A DNA stretch of 64,000 nt. Origin: Vicugna vicugna (lineage: Eukaryota). Position 1 is the stretch's first letter. The number at the start of each line of letters is the position of its first letter. Made by a program: the position numbers and the translations under genes. The stretch spans positions 6,920,124 to 6,984,123 of the forward strand of contig MU061579.1 in NCBI GenBank assembly GCA_013265495.1, read 5' to 3'. Below, in pieces: positions 1-13,559 of this stretch. The notes beneath the pieces were generated by a model. It made no database searches, was not told the DNA's origin, and saw only the letters and a program-made list of their open reading frames with translations.

Positions 1-610
1 ATATAAAATGGTGCAACTACTTTGAAAAACAGTATGAGAGTCCCTCAAAAAGTTAAAAATAGAACTACTATATGATCCAGCAATCCTACTTGCAGGTAGA
101 TATCCAAAAGAATTGAAATCAGGATCCCAAAAAGGTATCTACCCTTTCTTGTTCACTACAGCATTACTTAACAATAGTCAATATATGGCAATAACTTAAG
201 TATTTATTGGTGGATGAATGGATAATGAAAATGTGGTAGATACATACAGTGGAATACTATTCAGCCTTTAAAAAGAGGGATCATGCCATTTGTGACAACC
301 TGATGAACCTGGAGGACACTATGCTAAGTGACATAAGTGAGTCACAGAAGGACAAAGACTGCATGATTCCATTTATATGAGGAATCTAAACTGACAAACT
401 CAGAAACAGAGAATAGAATAGTGTTGCCAGCAGCTAGGGAAGGGGAAGTGGGCAGTTGCTGTTCAGAGTTTCAATCATGCAAGATGAGTAAGTTCTTAAT
501 ATCTGCTGTACAATATTGTGATTATAGTTAACATTATTGTACACTTCAAAAAATTTTAAGGAGGTATCTCATGTTGTATTCTTACCACACAAAAACAAAG
601 AAACAAAAAC
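1..610 (+). mobile_element. Old L1 3' fragment (ORF2 end plus 3' UTR, L1MA-like), cut by the window start
   Basis: Typical L1 motifs: aaaatggtgcaactactttgaaaaacagt, atatgatccagcaatcctactt, tggaatactattcagcc, gttaacattattgtacact; A-rich tail near 590-610. Confidence 0.85.
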
Positions 611-1619
611 CCCTCACATACACAGGCAGTGTCAGTCTAAAGCCCAAACTCATAAACACTAACCCAATTTTGGCATATAAAAAGTACAAAGGAAGTATCT
701 TCTGATTGACTGAATGAAGTCATATTTCTTGCAAGCTATTCACCATCCTGATTTACAGACCCTAACAATCCTGTAGTAGTTTCCAGTCACTACATTTGTG
801 ATAAAATTAAATCTGTAAGTTTTTTCTCACAAATTATTGCCAAACTAGGTTGCACTCTTCTGTACTCATCTAATTAAAGATTTAATCTCTGAGAACAATG
901 TTATGGTTACAAAAGCTACACTTCATGGCCTTACTTTTGCCCTGCTGCCAAATTACCAAATTCACTTTGAATCCTCACGATTGTCAGCATTAAAGGGGGG
1001 ACCCAGTATGTGTGCCCTTATTTACTCTTCCTTGTACTGATTCGACAGAAAAATTAGATCAAAAACTAGTGCAAATGATAAATTGGAATAGCACTTTTTT
1101 TATTTATAAATAAACATTGTAAAGTTAGCTTAAGAATAAAGCAATGATGTCATCCTGATACTGAACCCCAGAAGGACACAGTTTGCCACCCCATCCTACA
1201 CAGCACTAGACAACCAGTAGCCTCCCTGCAAAGTCATCTGCCCCTATTAAGCTTCCAGCACAGAGAACAAAGGTGAATGCATTTATCTAAAGGTATCTGA
1301 ATTGCTAGAGCAAGAAGGAGGAAGAGCTAGGGCTACCCCCACCCAGATCCTTTCCCAAACTCAGCAATTTTCACAGAGAGGAAAAAGGGGCAAACAAAAA
1401 GAAAGGAGAAAGGACAGACTGTATAAATTTTGATGTTCTTCTACAGAGAAGACATGTAAATGTAAAAATGGGTAATATTTGTCCATAAATACAAAAACAA
1501 TGATATCTGATTTGTTTACCTTACAGGATTGCTGTGATAATTGAGACAATTAAAGTAAAAATCATTTGAAAAAGATAGAACACTATTAACTTGTAAAATA
1601 GATTGATTTTTATTTATAC

Positions 1620-1810
1620 CCAGGCAATCCTGAGTTTCAGTCCTGCTTCTGCCAGCAAATAACTGCGAACTTGGGCCAGTTACTTAACTTCTCAAGTTAC
1701 TCATCTATAAAATAATATTTACCTCGGAGTGTTTATAAGCCTTGTGAAAATAGTGTGTGTGAAGTTGAATATGCAGTGCTTATGATATGGGAAGCTCAGA
1801 AGATTTGTAG
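1620..1810 (+). mobile_element. MIR SINE
   Basis: MIR core-like cttgggccagttacttaacttctc...ctcatctataaaat, followed by a TAG/TAA-rich tail. Confidence 0.7.
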
Positions 1811-4129
1811 TAGTAGCAATAGTAGTAATACTAGTAATAATAGTTACTATTTACTATTAGGAACAGGTATTCGGCACATCCACAGTAAATCTTTCAAAGA
1901 CCTGTAGAAACACTAGCAAAGGTATCATGCTCTTCCATAACCTGCTATTTTCACTCAATACATAAAGTTAAAGATCTATATTATTTTTAACTGCTGGCTA
2001 ATATTCCAATTGGGTGATACTATCACAACTTAATTAGTATAAATCCTCTAGGGAGCCTCATTTAAATGCATATAAACAAGAAGTCATGAACCAACGTGAA
2101 TACACGTTATTTGCTCACCTTTCCAATTATTTCTTTTTAATAAATACCTAGAAAAACACCCATTTTTAAAGAGGTATCAGAATCAGGCTTATTAGTCTGA
2201 CATTTTTGATACCTCCCATGATTACATATAATGCTAAAAATATCCTGTATTTTTCAAAGCCCATCTTTGGTCTCTCTCTTTCCATGAAACCTTTTTGACT
2301 GTGAGACCCACACTCCCTTCCCTGAATCAAGAGGTGTTGTTTTTCATTATAAATTCTCATTTATTGTTCTGTTTCTCACATACTAACAGGTTTAACTCTT
2401 CATCTATTTAAAAACTCCTATAAATTACAAATATAAATATATCTTTCCATGATGTGATTCAAATACATTAAGGGTATTAGACCAACATAAGGACTAATTA
2501 AGAAGCAAACAAAAATTAGTCTAAAATCATTTTCCCAAACTGGTACCATTTGCTTCTCTGCCCTTTTACTTTGCTTATTAAACATTCCCTGGCAAAGAAA
2601 AGATACAGAAATTTTAAAACCTCTAAGACAAGAGGTTATTTTAAAGGTTAATCAATCAATAACAGGCTGAAGTGCATTTTCTATAAGTTTATTCACAGCT
2701 CTTTGGGAGAAATCTGTAACACACCCACAGTGAATTTAAAGAATCAATCACCCATGCATTCCTGTAGCGGCTGCCAGCAATTGTTGGCCAGATGGGCTTC
2801 CAGGTAAATGTGCTTACTGCAGACTTGTGGGATTCTGATAGCAGTGTCCCTTCATGTCAGAGGAGTGCATTTAATTCAGTCGGCACGTCTCTAAATACAC
2901 TTAATTTTCTTCCATGTGGGCAATTTTAAACATTATTTGGGAACATAGGTTCTGAAATTTTACTAAAATTCAAGACTCTAGAAATGATGATCCAAATTGA
3001 CTCTGTGCTCCCAGCTGATACAGAGTTGCAATTAATTTACATGTGGAATCAGCTATACAGGTTAAAATATTATGTCATAATGTTTCAAACATAAAATTTT
3101 AAAATAATCTTGCTGAAAGTAATGCCACGATGAAGAGAAATTTAAAAATTCAAACATTTTGCCTATACTACATTATTCAGTATTTTAAGAGTTTTATGCA
3201 CAGGTCCTTCATTTATATAGAAAATGCAGGAATCTAAATTATATATTTCCTTGGGCCTATCTTTCAAATTAAGAAGACTGCGAAATACTTTTATTTTTGT
3301 CTATAGTATAGTTTAAATAAGGTCTGTGGGCTTTTCAGTGGTTCAAGTACCCTAGCTGATTGCTTCTACATCCAGGAAATAGTGCATTTAAAGTTGGTTC
3401 TTCTGTGAAGACAACTGCTGATAAGCAAAGCTGTTTCCTTGGAAACGTCTAGGCAGCATCTGACAGCTTGCTGAACATCTGAAATTCACAATTGATCTTG
3501 GTAGCCTGTACCTAGGCAAGCTGACTTAAGAGGTGGGAGTGGTAAGCTAGGCTGAGGAGTCAAATCTGAACATTATTTGGACAGCAAATTTCTCATTGTC
3601 GATCTTCTTCAAAGACTCTTTGCTGTCTCATTTTATTATCTTGGAATTCATTCAGTGAATGAAACATTATATTAAAATTCAGTATATAACAAAATTTTAA
3701 CTTGGGAAATGATGTTTTCTGGCTTACACTTTTAAAATATGAGTTGATAGCCTATTGAGGACCTAGTCTCTTATGTGGAGGCCAGTCAGAGTCCAATCAG
3801 GACAGACTTTGTCCATCACTGAAATGGACAACATTTACCACTGTCACTCATCTATGCTGTTTGAGAATAAAAACTGAGAAATTATTGGAGCAGCAAAAAG
3901 ACTCATAACTAACCCCAAAGCAAGTATTATGCTATGCATCACTGTAGTGCTGCTATAAATAAACAAAAATGTATACTAAAACATGTTTATCATATGTTCT
4001 CTCTTACTTAACACTGACCATCTGTGTCACCAAATGGCAAATCATGTGAAGAAATTTAACATTAGGTAGTTGGGTTTGGGCAACAGGGAGATGCAAGGCT
4101 AAGTGATGATCTTACCCTATGTTCTAGCT

Positions 4130-4317
4130 AAATGGTCCTCTAAGTATTGTCCCTGGACCAGCTGCATCAGCACCACCTGAGTGCTTCTTAGAGATGAGAA
4201 TTTTAAGGCCCCGAACAAAACCTGCTAAATCAGAAACTGCGGGATAGTGTCTAGCCATTTGTGTTCTAACAAGCCCTCCAGGGAATTCTGACGTAGACCC
4301 AGTTTTGAGAATCACTG
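4130..4317 (+). mobile_element. MER5A-like hAT-Charlie non-autonomous DNA transposon
   Basis: ggaccagctgcatcagcaccacctg...aatcagaaact...aacaagccctccagggaattctga...tttgagaatcactg; flanks gttctagc/cttctagc resemble an 8-bp TSD. Confidence 0.85.
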
Positions 4318-4379
4318 CTTCTAGCATATACATTGTGGGGTGGTTACACATGAAAATGGTCCTCAAATGTTGCTGGGAT

Positions 4380-5668
4380 GGCTACCTACATATTACTGAA
4401 CATGCTAATGACAGTAAATAATATGAAGGTGCCAGACCTGCCTTGGAAGCTTATTGAAAATTGGGACAGTAGGCTCAGAGCAGTGGGCAAACAAGAGAGT
4501 ATTATTATGTGAGACCAGAGAAACTACCAACTGTATGATCCAAAAGAAGGAAGGAAAAATAACAGTTACTTCACTAAATCAGTAGGAAATGCATTAATGA
4601 GGGGAACACTGGCATTGCTGAGAATCTCAGTATTGTCTGTTCTCTGCAGCCAAGGTCAGTGGTACAATATGTTGCTATGGAACTGAGCTCCCTACTGTCA
4701 ATGAAACAATGCAGATGATGGCATTCTGAAACATCAGAGGCCAGATATTGCACTTACACATCAGAGGCAAGATGGATATAATTACTATGACAGGACAAAG
4801 GTAGGCTGGCAACAAGGGACTAAGAGAGCATTGGACTCCTAAGGGTAAGATAAGTTGAGCAGTCAGTGAGGACATAGCCTGACTTACATAAACAAAAATG
4901 ATCACGAGCTGATAAGCAGCTGCTGCATTGGAAAATCATGATCCTTCTTCCACTTTCCAGACCTGAGCCAGTTTTCAGTTCCAGAGCCCATAAATTGAAG
5001 GGGAATCCAGAACCCCTTAAAGAAGGATCCTGAAACACCACAGAACATATTCATATTTGACAGTCCCAAAATCTATCCCCAAAGCAATACAGAGCTGTTT
5101 ACTAGATGAACCAAACTGGAGAGAGTAAAGTAGCCAGTTCTTTTGAGGACTGCTGGGTACAGGATCTGAGCAGTGACACCAAGAAAACTAAGATGTCATC
5201 ATCATCTATCTGTTCAAATGGAGACATGCAGGCTACAAATGGAGTCTTAGCCCACGTCCCCATCACTGTAGGTGTAATTGTTCCAGAGATTTACCGTGTT
5301 ATCATTTCCCTAGTCCCTGAGTACATAACTAGGATGGATATTCAAAGCTGCTGTACAAGTCTCCCAATAGATCTCTAATCTTCAGAGTAAGACTCATCAT
5401 GATAGCAAAGGCCAAACCCTTACAACAGTCCCCCTTCCTCAGCCAAGATAGTAAAACAAAAGCAATACCAAATGTCTGGTGGAATATCACAGATTAGTAC
5501 CAAGCTCAAAAATCTAAAGGATGCATAGTGTAAACACTGCATAATAAACTCAGGAGATCATGGCAGGCCATTAGAGGCCACCATAAACTTAACCAAGTGG
5601 TAGTTCTAATTGCAGCTGCTGTGCAAGATGCGATGTCTTCACTAGAACAGATCAACATGGCCTTTGGT
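4380..5668 (+). mobile_element. Degenerate ERV-L (class III) internal relic: gag end, protease, start of RT
   Basis: ERV-L-like stretches: ttccagacctgagccagttt, aaagcaataccaaatgtctggtggaatatcacagattagtacc, cataaacttaaccaagtggtagttctaattgcagctgctgtgc; many stops and indels; left boundary approximate. Confidence 0.75.
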
Positions 5669-7131
5669 TTATTTTCTTCTTATTGAGTCGTATGAGCTGC
5701 TTATATATTCTGGAGATCAAGCCTTTGTCGGTTTCATTTGCAAAAATTTTTTCCCATTCCGTAGGTTGTCTTTTTGTTTTACTTATGGTTTCCTTTGCTG
5801 TGCAGAAACCTGTAAGTTTCATTAGGTCCCATTTGTTTATTTTTGCTTTTATTTCTTCTAGGAGAAAATTTTTGAGATGTATGTCAGGTAATGTTTTGCC
5901 TATGTTTTCCTCTAGGAGATTTATTGTATCTTGTCTTATGTTTAAGTCTTTGATCCATTTTGAGTTGATTTTTGTGTATGGTGTAAGGAAGTGTTCTAGC
6001 TTCATTGTTTTACATGCTGCTGTCCAGTTTTCCCAACACCATTTGCTGAAGAGACTGTCTTTATTCCATTGTATATTCTTGCCTCCTTTGTCGAAGATGA
6101 GTTGACCAAAAGTTTGTGGGTTCATTTCTGGGCTCTCTATTCTGTTCCAAGAAGACCTAAACAAGCAATTCTCCAAGGAAGACATACAAATGATCAATAG
6201 ACACATGAAAAAAATGCTCAATATCACTAATTATCAGAGAAATGCAAATCAAAACTACAATGAAGTATCACCTCACACCAGTCAGAATGGCTGTCATTCA
6301 AAAGTCCACAAATGACAAATGCTGGAGAGGCTGTGGAGAAAAGGGAACCCTCCTACACTGCTGGTGGGAATGCAGTTTGGTACAGCCACTGTGGAAAACA
6401 GTATGGAGATTCCTCAAAAGACTAGGAATAGACTTACCATATGACCCAGGAATCCCACTCCTGGGCTTATATCCAGAAGGAACCCTACTTCAGGATGACA
6501 CCTGCACCCCAATGTTCATAGCAGCATTATTTACAATAGCCAAGACATGGGAACAGCCTAAATGTCCATCAACAGATGACTGGATAAAGAGGATGTGGTA
6601 TATTTATATAATGGAATACTACTCAGCCATAAAAACCAACAACATAACGCCATTTGCAGCAACATGGATGCTCCTGGAGAATGTCATTCTAAGTTAGTGA
6701 AGTAAGCCAGAAAGAGAAAGAAAAATACCATATGAGATCACTCATATGTGGAATCTAAAAAAAAACAAAACAAACAAACAAACAAAAAACAAAGCATGAA
6801 TACAGAACAGAAATAGACTCATAGACATAGAATACAGACTTGTGGTTGCCAAGGGATTGGGGGTAGGAAGAGATAGACTGGGATTTCAAAATTGTAGAAT
6901 AGATAAACAAGATTATACTGTATAGCACAGGGAAATATATACAAGATCTTATGGTAGCTCACAGAGAAAGGAATGTGACAATGAATATATATATATGTTC
7001 ATGTATAATTGAAAAATTGTGCTCTACACTGGAATTTGATACAACATTGTAAATTGACTATAACACAATAAAAAATGTTAAAAAAGTGACAATAAAAGAT
7101 TTTAAAGGCAAAACACAAACAAACAAACAAA
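5669..7131 (+). mobile_element. Young 5'-truncated, 5'-inverted L1 (antisense ORF2 5669-~6149; sense ORF2 end and 3' UTR ~6150-7085) with 15-bp TSD
   Basis: ORF2 peptide WNRIESPE...[24 protein letters not shown] on minus and [17 protein letters not shown]...[18 protein letters not shown] on plus; perfect TSD aacatggcctttggt at 5654-5668 and 7132-7146. Confidence 0.95.
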
Positions 7132-7375
7132 AACATGGCCTTTGGTACTGATATGTTCCAATTGATCTGGTTAATGCATCATTTTCGATTCCATCAGGAG
7201 GAAGATTTAAAAACTTCTCAACATAGATCCACAGAAGTTCACATTCATTCTCTTGCCTCAACTATGTCCCTCCCTCACTGTCAAAATATAGTCTGAAAAG
7301 AACTCCATCATCTCAGCCCTGGGAAAAACATCACACTAGTCTACCATAATGTATCAGATTATATTTTGGTTGACT
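7132..7375 (+). mobile_element. Continuation of the ERV-L RT relic after the L1 insertion
   Basis: ggtactgatatgttccaattgatctggttaatgca (WYAAIDLANAF-like region) through catcacactagtctacc (ITLVHY-like, just before YIDD). Confidence 0.7.
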
Positions 7376-7401
7376 AAAAAACATAATTAAAACATAATTG
7401 G

Positions 7402-8052
7402 AGTGGGATCCAATTCCACTCCTGGCATATATCCAGAGAAAACTGTAATTCAAAATGACACATGCACCCCAATGTTCATAGCAGCGCTATTTATAATTGC
7501 TAAGACATGGAAACAACCTAAATGTCCATCAACGGACGACTGAATAAAGAAGGTGTGATATATATATATACACAATGGAATACTACTCATCCATAAAAAA
7601 GAATGAAATAATGCCATTTGCAGCAACATTGATGAACCTGGAGATTGTCATGCTAAGAAATAAGGCAGAAAGAGAAAGAAAAATACCATATGATATCACT
7701 TATATGTGGAATCTAAAAAAATGATACAAATCCTACTTACAAACCAAAAATAGACTCAGAACATAGAAAAAAAAAACTATGGCTACCAAAAGGAAAAGGT
7801 CATGGAGGGATAAATTAGGGGTTGAGGATGAACAGACACACATTACTATATATGAAATAGATAAACAACAAGGACCTACTGTATAGCACAGGGAACTATA
7901 TTCAATTTCTTATAATAACATATAATGGAAAAGAATCTGAAAAGAAAAAATATATATTTGTGTATGTAATGTATGTATGTGTATAACTGTCTTTACTCTA
8001 CACCTGAAACTAACATTATAAATTAACAACACTTTAAAAATTTTTTTTAAAG
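7402..8052 (+). mobile_element. 5'-truncated L1 (ORF2 end plus 3' UTR) with 13-bp TSD
   Basis: caattccactcctggcatatatccagag...ggacctactgtatagcacagggaactatattcaa...cacctgaaactaac; TSD aaaacataattgg at 7389-7401 and 8053-8065. Confidence 0.9.
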
Positions 8053-8189
8053 AAAACATAATTGGGCCTAACATCTTGGGCAATAACAAACTGACTCAAC
8101 AGCCATAAATGGGTGAAGATATTCCAAAGAGGCATCTGTGATAGACTCCCCAGTATTGGCTGCCCTTCCCTGTTGAGAGGACTCTCACT

Positions 8190-8472
8190 CTAGTGAACTT
8201 AGATGAGAATGTTTGAGCTACAACTTTTCCACTAGAAACTTCAAGAGCCAGTTTGGGCTCCTCTATGTGCTCTTCCTTCCCTCTACTGCCTCGCCACAAT
8301 TGGCATTGTTCCAGATAGAGGATGATCCATCATCCTGGGTCCCAGACTGAAGGTGACACAGAGCAGAGTCATGATGGACATTGTCCACCACGGACATTGT
8401 TGCTGCAAGATAGAGATATTTTTGGTATCATCTGTTACCCTCATAACCTAGTTTCTTCTGGCCAAACCAATA
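8190..8472 (+). mobile_element. MLT1-type MaLR LTR fragment
   Basis: tccatcatcctgggtcccagactgaaggtgacacagagcagag and an MLT1-like end gagatatttttggtatcatctgttaccctcataacctag. Confidence 0.6.
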
Positions 8473-9819
8473 TCCTTCTGTGATGAAGTTAACAAAGACC
8501 AACCCTGCACCCAACAGGAATGAAATGTAATGCCTATAGGAAAAATTCCCAACAGTAACCATCATATAATGTGATTAGTCCTAATAAAACTAAGGACTTC
8601 CCTATATGCCAGCTAAAGAAATGATCAATATAAAGTGAATTATAACAGGCCATGAAAGTCTGTTGAAATGATAGATGATGTTGCAAAGTCACTACAAACA
8701 AAAAAGAGCACCACTCCTAGAAACCAATGAAAGAAAGCTGACTAAAGATACTGTTAGTTTCTCCAAAAACCTGGCTTGGGAAGAAGCCACTCTTTCCAGT
8801 TGACAAAGAACATATACCAATGCCTTAGAAATTTTCCCATTTTATAGGAAACTGTGATTCACTAGGATCCTGTACTGTGTTGAAAGCAATTCTTAAAACC
8901 ACCTTACTCTGTTTTCTCTCATTATTTATTTCCGGTATCACTATCGAAGTTAGTATCTATGTTTCCTGTTGATTTTAGAGACAGAATAAATTGATGAGCT
9001 GACAAGAACATTCTGATCACTTGGCAGTCACATATTATCACTAATTAATGATTAGCTTTCTGATCATAATGGAGACAAAGTCTCTTTAAAAATAGAAAAC
9101 ACTTTACATTTTTGCCTTCTATTTTTTCATTATCTTCAGCCTTGGCAATTTCATTGCAAACAACTTATCATAGAAGGAAAACACTCAAATTTGTGTCTCA
9201 AAACTGGCAAATGTTTTATACTTCAGTCCTGGTTGATGTATTGTCAACACCCCAAATGCATGTAAGCAAAATCCACATGTGATAAATAGAATCCTTTATC
9301 TCCCCACCCAAAACCAATCCTACTCCTCTTTCTTTTTCTGTTATTGGTACCTACCAGATAATCCTCCTCTCTTGCCCCTGTTCCCTCTTATCCAAAATAA
9401 TAATTACCTCTTTTCCCACCCCCACTGCCCACTTTTGTCCTCCCTAGATTTTCACTGCTAAATCCACAGATGTCCTCACAAATTCTATAGCCAGTCTCAA
9501 CACAGTTCAGAAGTATGTTTTTAAAAAATCCTTAGCTATTTCTCTTTACATTGGGTCTTAAAATTAATTCTTTATATAACCAGATCTTGTACATGACATA
9601 ATTGATGTATGTTTAGATTTCTTCCTTGTCAACCAGTACCTTGAAAGCCTAGGGGATCAGCTAAATGTCTGCATAATAAGATAGATTCCAGATTCCATGT
9701 CTATTTAACTTATATAATTAAAATATATCTTCTCCTGTTTTTTGAACAGTAACATTAGGAAACATTTCTTGAACCATAATAGTGTACAAAAATTTTTCAA
9801 CAATGTGCCTTTTATCCTC

Positions 9820-9942
9820 CATTAGTCTGTGAGTTCCTTGAGTGTAAGAGCCAACTTGCACTCATTTCCCCTCCCTCCACAGCTTATAACACAGTGCATG
9901 GCACTCATGAAATATGTGTCAATAAATGAGTAAAATGAATAA
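9820..9942 (+). mobile_element. L2 3' end
   Basis: tagtctgtgagttccttgagtg...acagtgcatggcac...tcaataaatgagtaaaatgaat. Confidence 0.6.
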
Positions 9943-10039
9943 CTTGTATTTAGTGCTTTGCTGTTTCTCTGAAGATTCACATTCAATCCCATGTGATCCT
10001 TATACACCCATATATGGGCAGATCAGTTGTCATAACATC

Positions 10040-10240
10040 TGTTAACACTTATTGAGCCCTGTTGTAAGCCCTCACAGAATGCCCTCACATAAATAAATTT
10101 AAATTATCCCCATTTTACAACTAGGAACTTAGGTACAGAAAAGTTGAATAACTTACAAAAATCACACAGCTAGTAAGAAGTGAATTGAGATTTGAATATT
10201 GACAGACTGAATCCTGAGCTTTAGCTGTGGACCAATATCC
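10040..10240 (-). mobile_element. MIR SINE
   Basis: attatccccattttacaactaggaacttaggtacagaaaagttgaataactt...cacacagctagtaag. Confidence 0.7.
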
Positions 10241-13200
10241 TCTACTGATCACTATTCCAAAATAAAACAAACAAAATATTCCATTTTATAGGAAACTGAG
10301 ATCAGTTTGCAAGTATTCTAACTGAAGATCTTGAGTCATCTCTATTGTCTTGTTGTTTCCCATAGATAGTTAGTGTATCAAAGAGTGAATAAAGATGAGA
10401 CCCACAAAGACAAACATTTTGTCTAGTGTGTCCATTGCTGTATCGCACCACCTAAACCAGTGCACTTTATAATCATTTGTCAATAATTTGAATAAATGGT
10501 CATTTGATTGGGAATGACATTAGTAAATATCTCTTTGGTCATATCAACTCTGGATAAATTGGTCAAGTTTCTACATCTTTTAAGGCAAGATTATTCTCTC
10601 AAAACTTGCAAAATTACAGCAACCCAGGATACTTGGAACAAACAGTCTGCCAGTTCCTTAACTAATTCACTTCAGTTTTATAGGGAGAGGGTGAGCATTC
10701 AACCACAGAATCATCATCTTGCTGTAATTTTGATAAACATTATAAAAAGAAAAAAATTACATGCACATATATTACAAAGTGGGAAATGAAGTATTTACCT
10801 GGAAATTTAGAGGAAATGAAAAATCATTTGCCTCAAATACAGGGGTTTCCTAGGTAAATGTCCTCTCATTATCTTTTGAAATGATCTGATTAGTTGAGCA
10901 TCCCTTCATTACGTATATAGAAGAGCCCAGGCTGGAGTTTTGCTCCCTCTCAAGGTCCCTTCTCCGTGCCACTCCCTCCCATGCAAGTACTAATAGCTAT
11001 TTGACTTCAAGTCACTTCATTGTGTCTGCAGATTCTACAGTTGATCTTCTCTCATTGTTCCTGTGGAAGGAATCTGACCTCTACCCCAGTGTCTGCAGAA
11101 TATTGTCGTCTCCCTCTATACCCTGTTTCTGCTCTTTGAGTCCTACAGTAACAGAATGTGATTCTTATGCAGCACTACAACACACCTAATCAAATAAGGG
11201 GATCTGCTTTACAACACAAATGGTAGATGTATGAAATAACCTCCCCCTTTAGGAAACTGCCTTTTATACAACACTCCCTAGCTTCTTCATCAAAACAGCA
11301 TTCTTCACTGAGCAGGTTATTGAGGGAGAATGGCCACAGTGCTTTGTATCGATAAACTTACTGCAGCTTCTTATGGTCTCTCCTACCTAAAGCAGACTCT
11401 TTAAATGTCTGTGCTAACCAATTGCCAGGCTGTCAGCAGGTTGCCAGGCTAAGATGAGTTTTGTAGGCTTATTCAACAGCCTCCAAACTCTTTTCCTCAT
11501 AATCTAGCCCTATCTCAAAATCCTTTTAGCTGATAAACAATAATACCTAGGTTTTTCCAAAAGCATTCTATTTTAGTTATTTTTAAGTTATAGAGCTTTA
11601 TGGAAATATGCACGTGCAAAACTTTGTAAAATCATAGCCAATTATATGTATATAATTTCCCGGCAATGCATGTCCTTTACAGGCAAGTAATAAATATCTG
11701 TCAGAATATTTTTGTCTTTGTTTGTTCCCATTCTTAGAGGAAAGAAAAAACTGCATTTATGCCCTTTAATCTCCCTAAGGGAAATGTGATGCCCAAGTAA
11801 GGAAAAAAATTTCTGCAAAAATAGATCTGTATCAGAAGTTCAGCTATAATTTAAGGTTCACCAAAGAGCTCACATTATTTTTTAAACCTTATTGATAAAA
11901 GTGGGGAATAAATCTAACAAAGCAGCTCCCACATGCTTTTAAACCTTAAGACTTGTTTTGTTCAACTTAATCATTGTTGGTTTTCTTTTCTAAGGGATAT
12001 TGGCTATTTCCAAATTATATTCAAACATCTAGAGGAAATAGAATGTAAAGGTCTTGGATACTTTTCTTCTTCCACTTCTCAAAGTTTTCCCACAATGAAA
12101 TAACAAGGAGGGTCTAAATATTTTCAAAAGCGTGATATCACCGTAAGAAACAGAACTCCTTCACCATTTATGAAGGATCAGCTTTGTGCCAGACGCTGAG
12201 TTGAGCTCTGGGGACGTAAACTGAGTACGACCACTCTGCTCATGTCTGGTGAAAAAGATATTAACTCAGCTCTGATACAACATGAGACATATGCCAGCAT
12301 TATTTCCAAAGTCCTGTAGGAGCAGAGAATGAGAAGCTCTTGCTCTTCTCATAGCGTTGAGAGGCAAAGAAGCAGTGAAGCTTTTTTCCTGGGAGGATGA
12401 GTATAATTTGTTCCAAGCAGTGGGACAGCCCTTCTTAAACCCAAATCCAACAGATAAGAAAGTTAAGAAGACATGAATGAAAGGAAAGAGGAATGGAGGA
12501 AGGGAGGGAAAAGGAAAAAAGAAAGAATTTTGATTTTATCTAAGTTTCCTATTCATTGAAGGCTAATTTTCCCGTAATAAAATCACATGACTGAACTTTG
12601 GGAAATAGTCTGTCAAACTGGTCATTTGGCATCACCTAATCAACAGAAACTGATGCTGAAGAAAAAAAAAATACTTTAAACAAAGTCTTTTTTATTTCAA
12701 CTGAATGCAGTCAACCTAACATTTGATATATTTTTTGATAAAACTTCCTTTTCAGAGTAATCTGACAAGGTATTGCAATAATGTCACAAGATGAGTGGTC
12801 CCAGTGAAACATGATGATGGCTGGAGGTGCTCTTCCCACCCCAGAGGCTCTGCCTCTGATGATTCTCTGATGAGTCCTCTGACTCATATCATCAAAATAA
12901 TTCAAGCTTTGATATTAATGTGTAACCTCAAAAATACCTTGAAGACTCATAACTCAGACTACTCTATGATTCTGATCATTATGGCAATCAGAATCAACCT
13001 TAAATGACCAGCATAGCACAGCATCTCAAAACTTTGATATCTACACGGCTGAAGAGAGGAATGTCAAAAGATAAAATCAAAAAAGGGTTGAACCAGTTTG
13101 GCTTTTCACCATCCCTGATTATGCCTCTGCCTCAGTTACTTCTGACATCAATGAGTAGAAGAATAGAAAAATCAGTCAGATAATGACCTACTTAACATTC

Positions 13201-13559
13201 CCGCCTGGATGAGGTTGAATGGGAAGGTTGTAGACTAACTTTCTGGGGTTATCACTTGAGTAGACAGAAACAAGAGCCCTCACAGAAGCTACTGCACATT
13301 AATTATTTACATTAAAAAAAGTTGATACTGTGAAAATAATATATGATCATTGAAGAAATTTTGGAAAATATATTAAAGGAAACAAAACACAAATACCCAG
13401 AGATACTAGAAGAACCCTGCAGAAATATCAGTCTCCGATTTTTTCATTGCAGGGAAATATTACTTGGAAACATTAATTTTAATGGCTTAATCATATTTCT
13501 TTATATGATATTCCATAATCTATATTAATATTCTCCTAGTTTAAAAAATTAAGATTTTC

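Noticed and set aside
2700..3050. Repeat-free block that looks like a conserved non-coding element
   Set aside because: Impression only; no diagnostic motif or structure without a multi-species alignment.
5652..6697. ORFs of 191, 140 and 151 aa
   Set aside because: L1 ORF2 fragments and their antisense frames; the 191-aa ORF is a chimera across the inversion junction, not a host gene.
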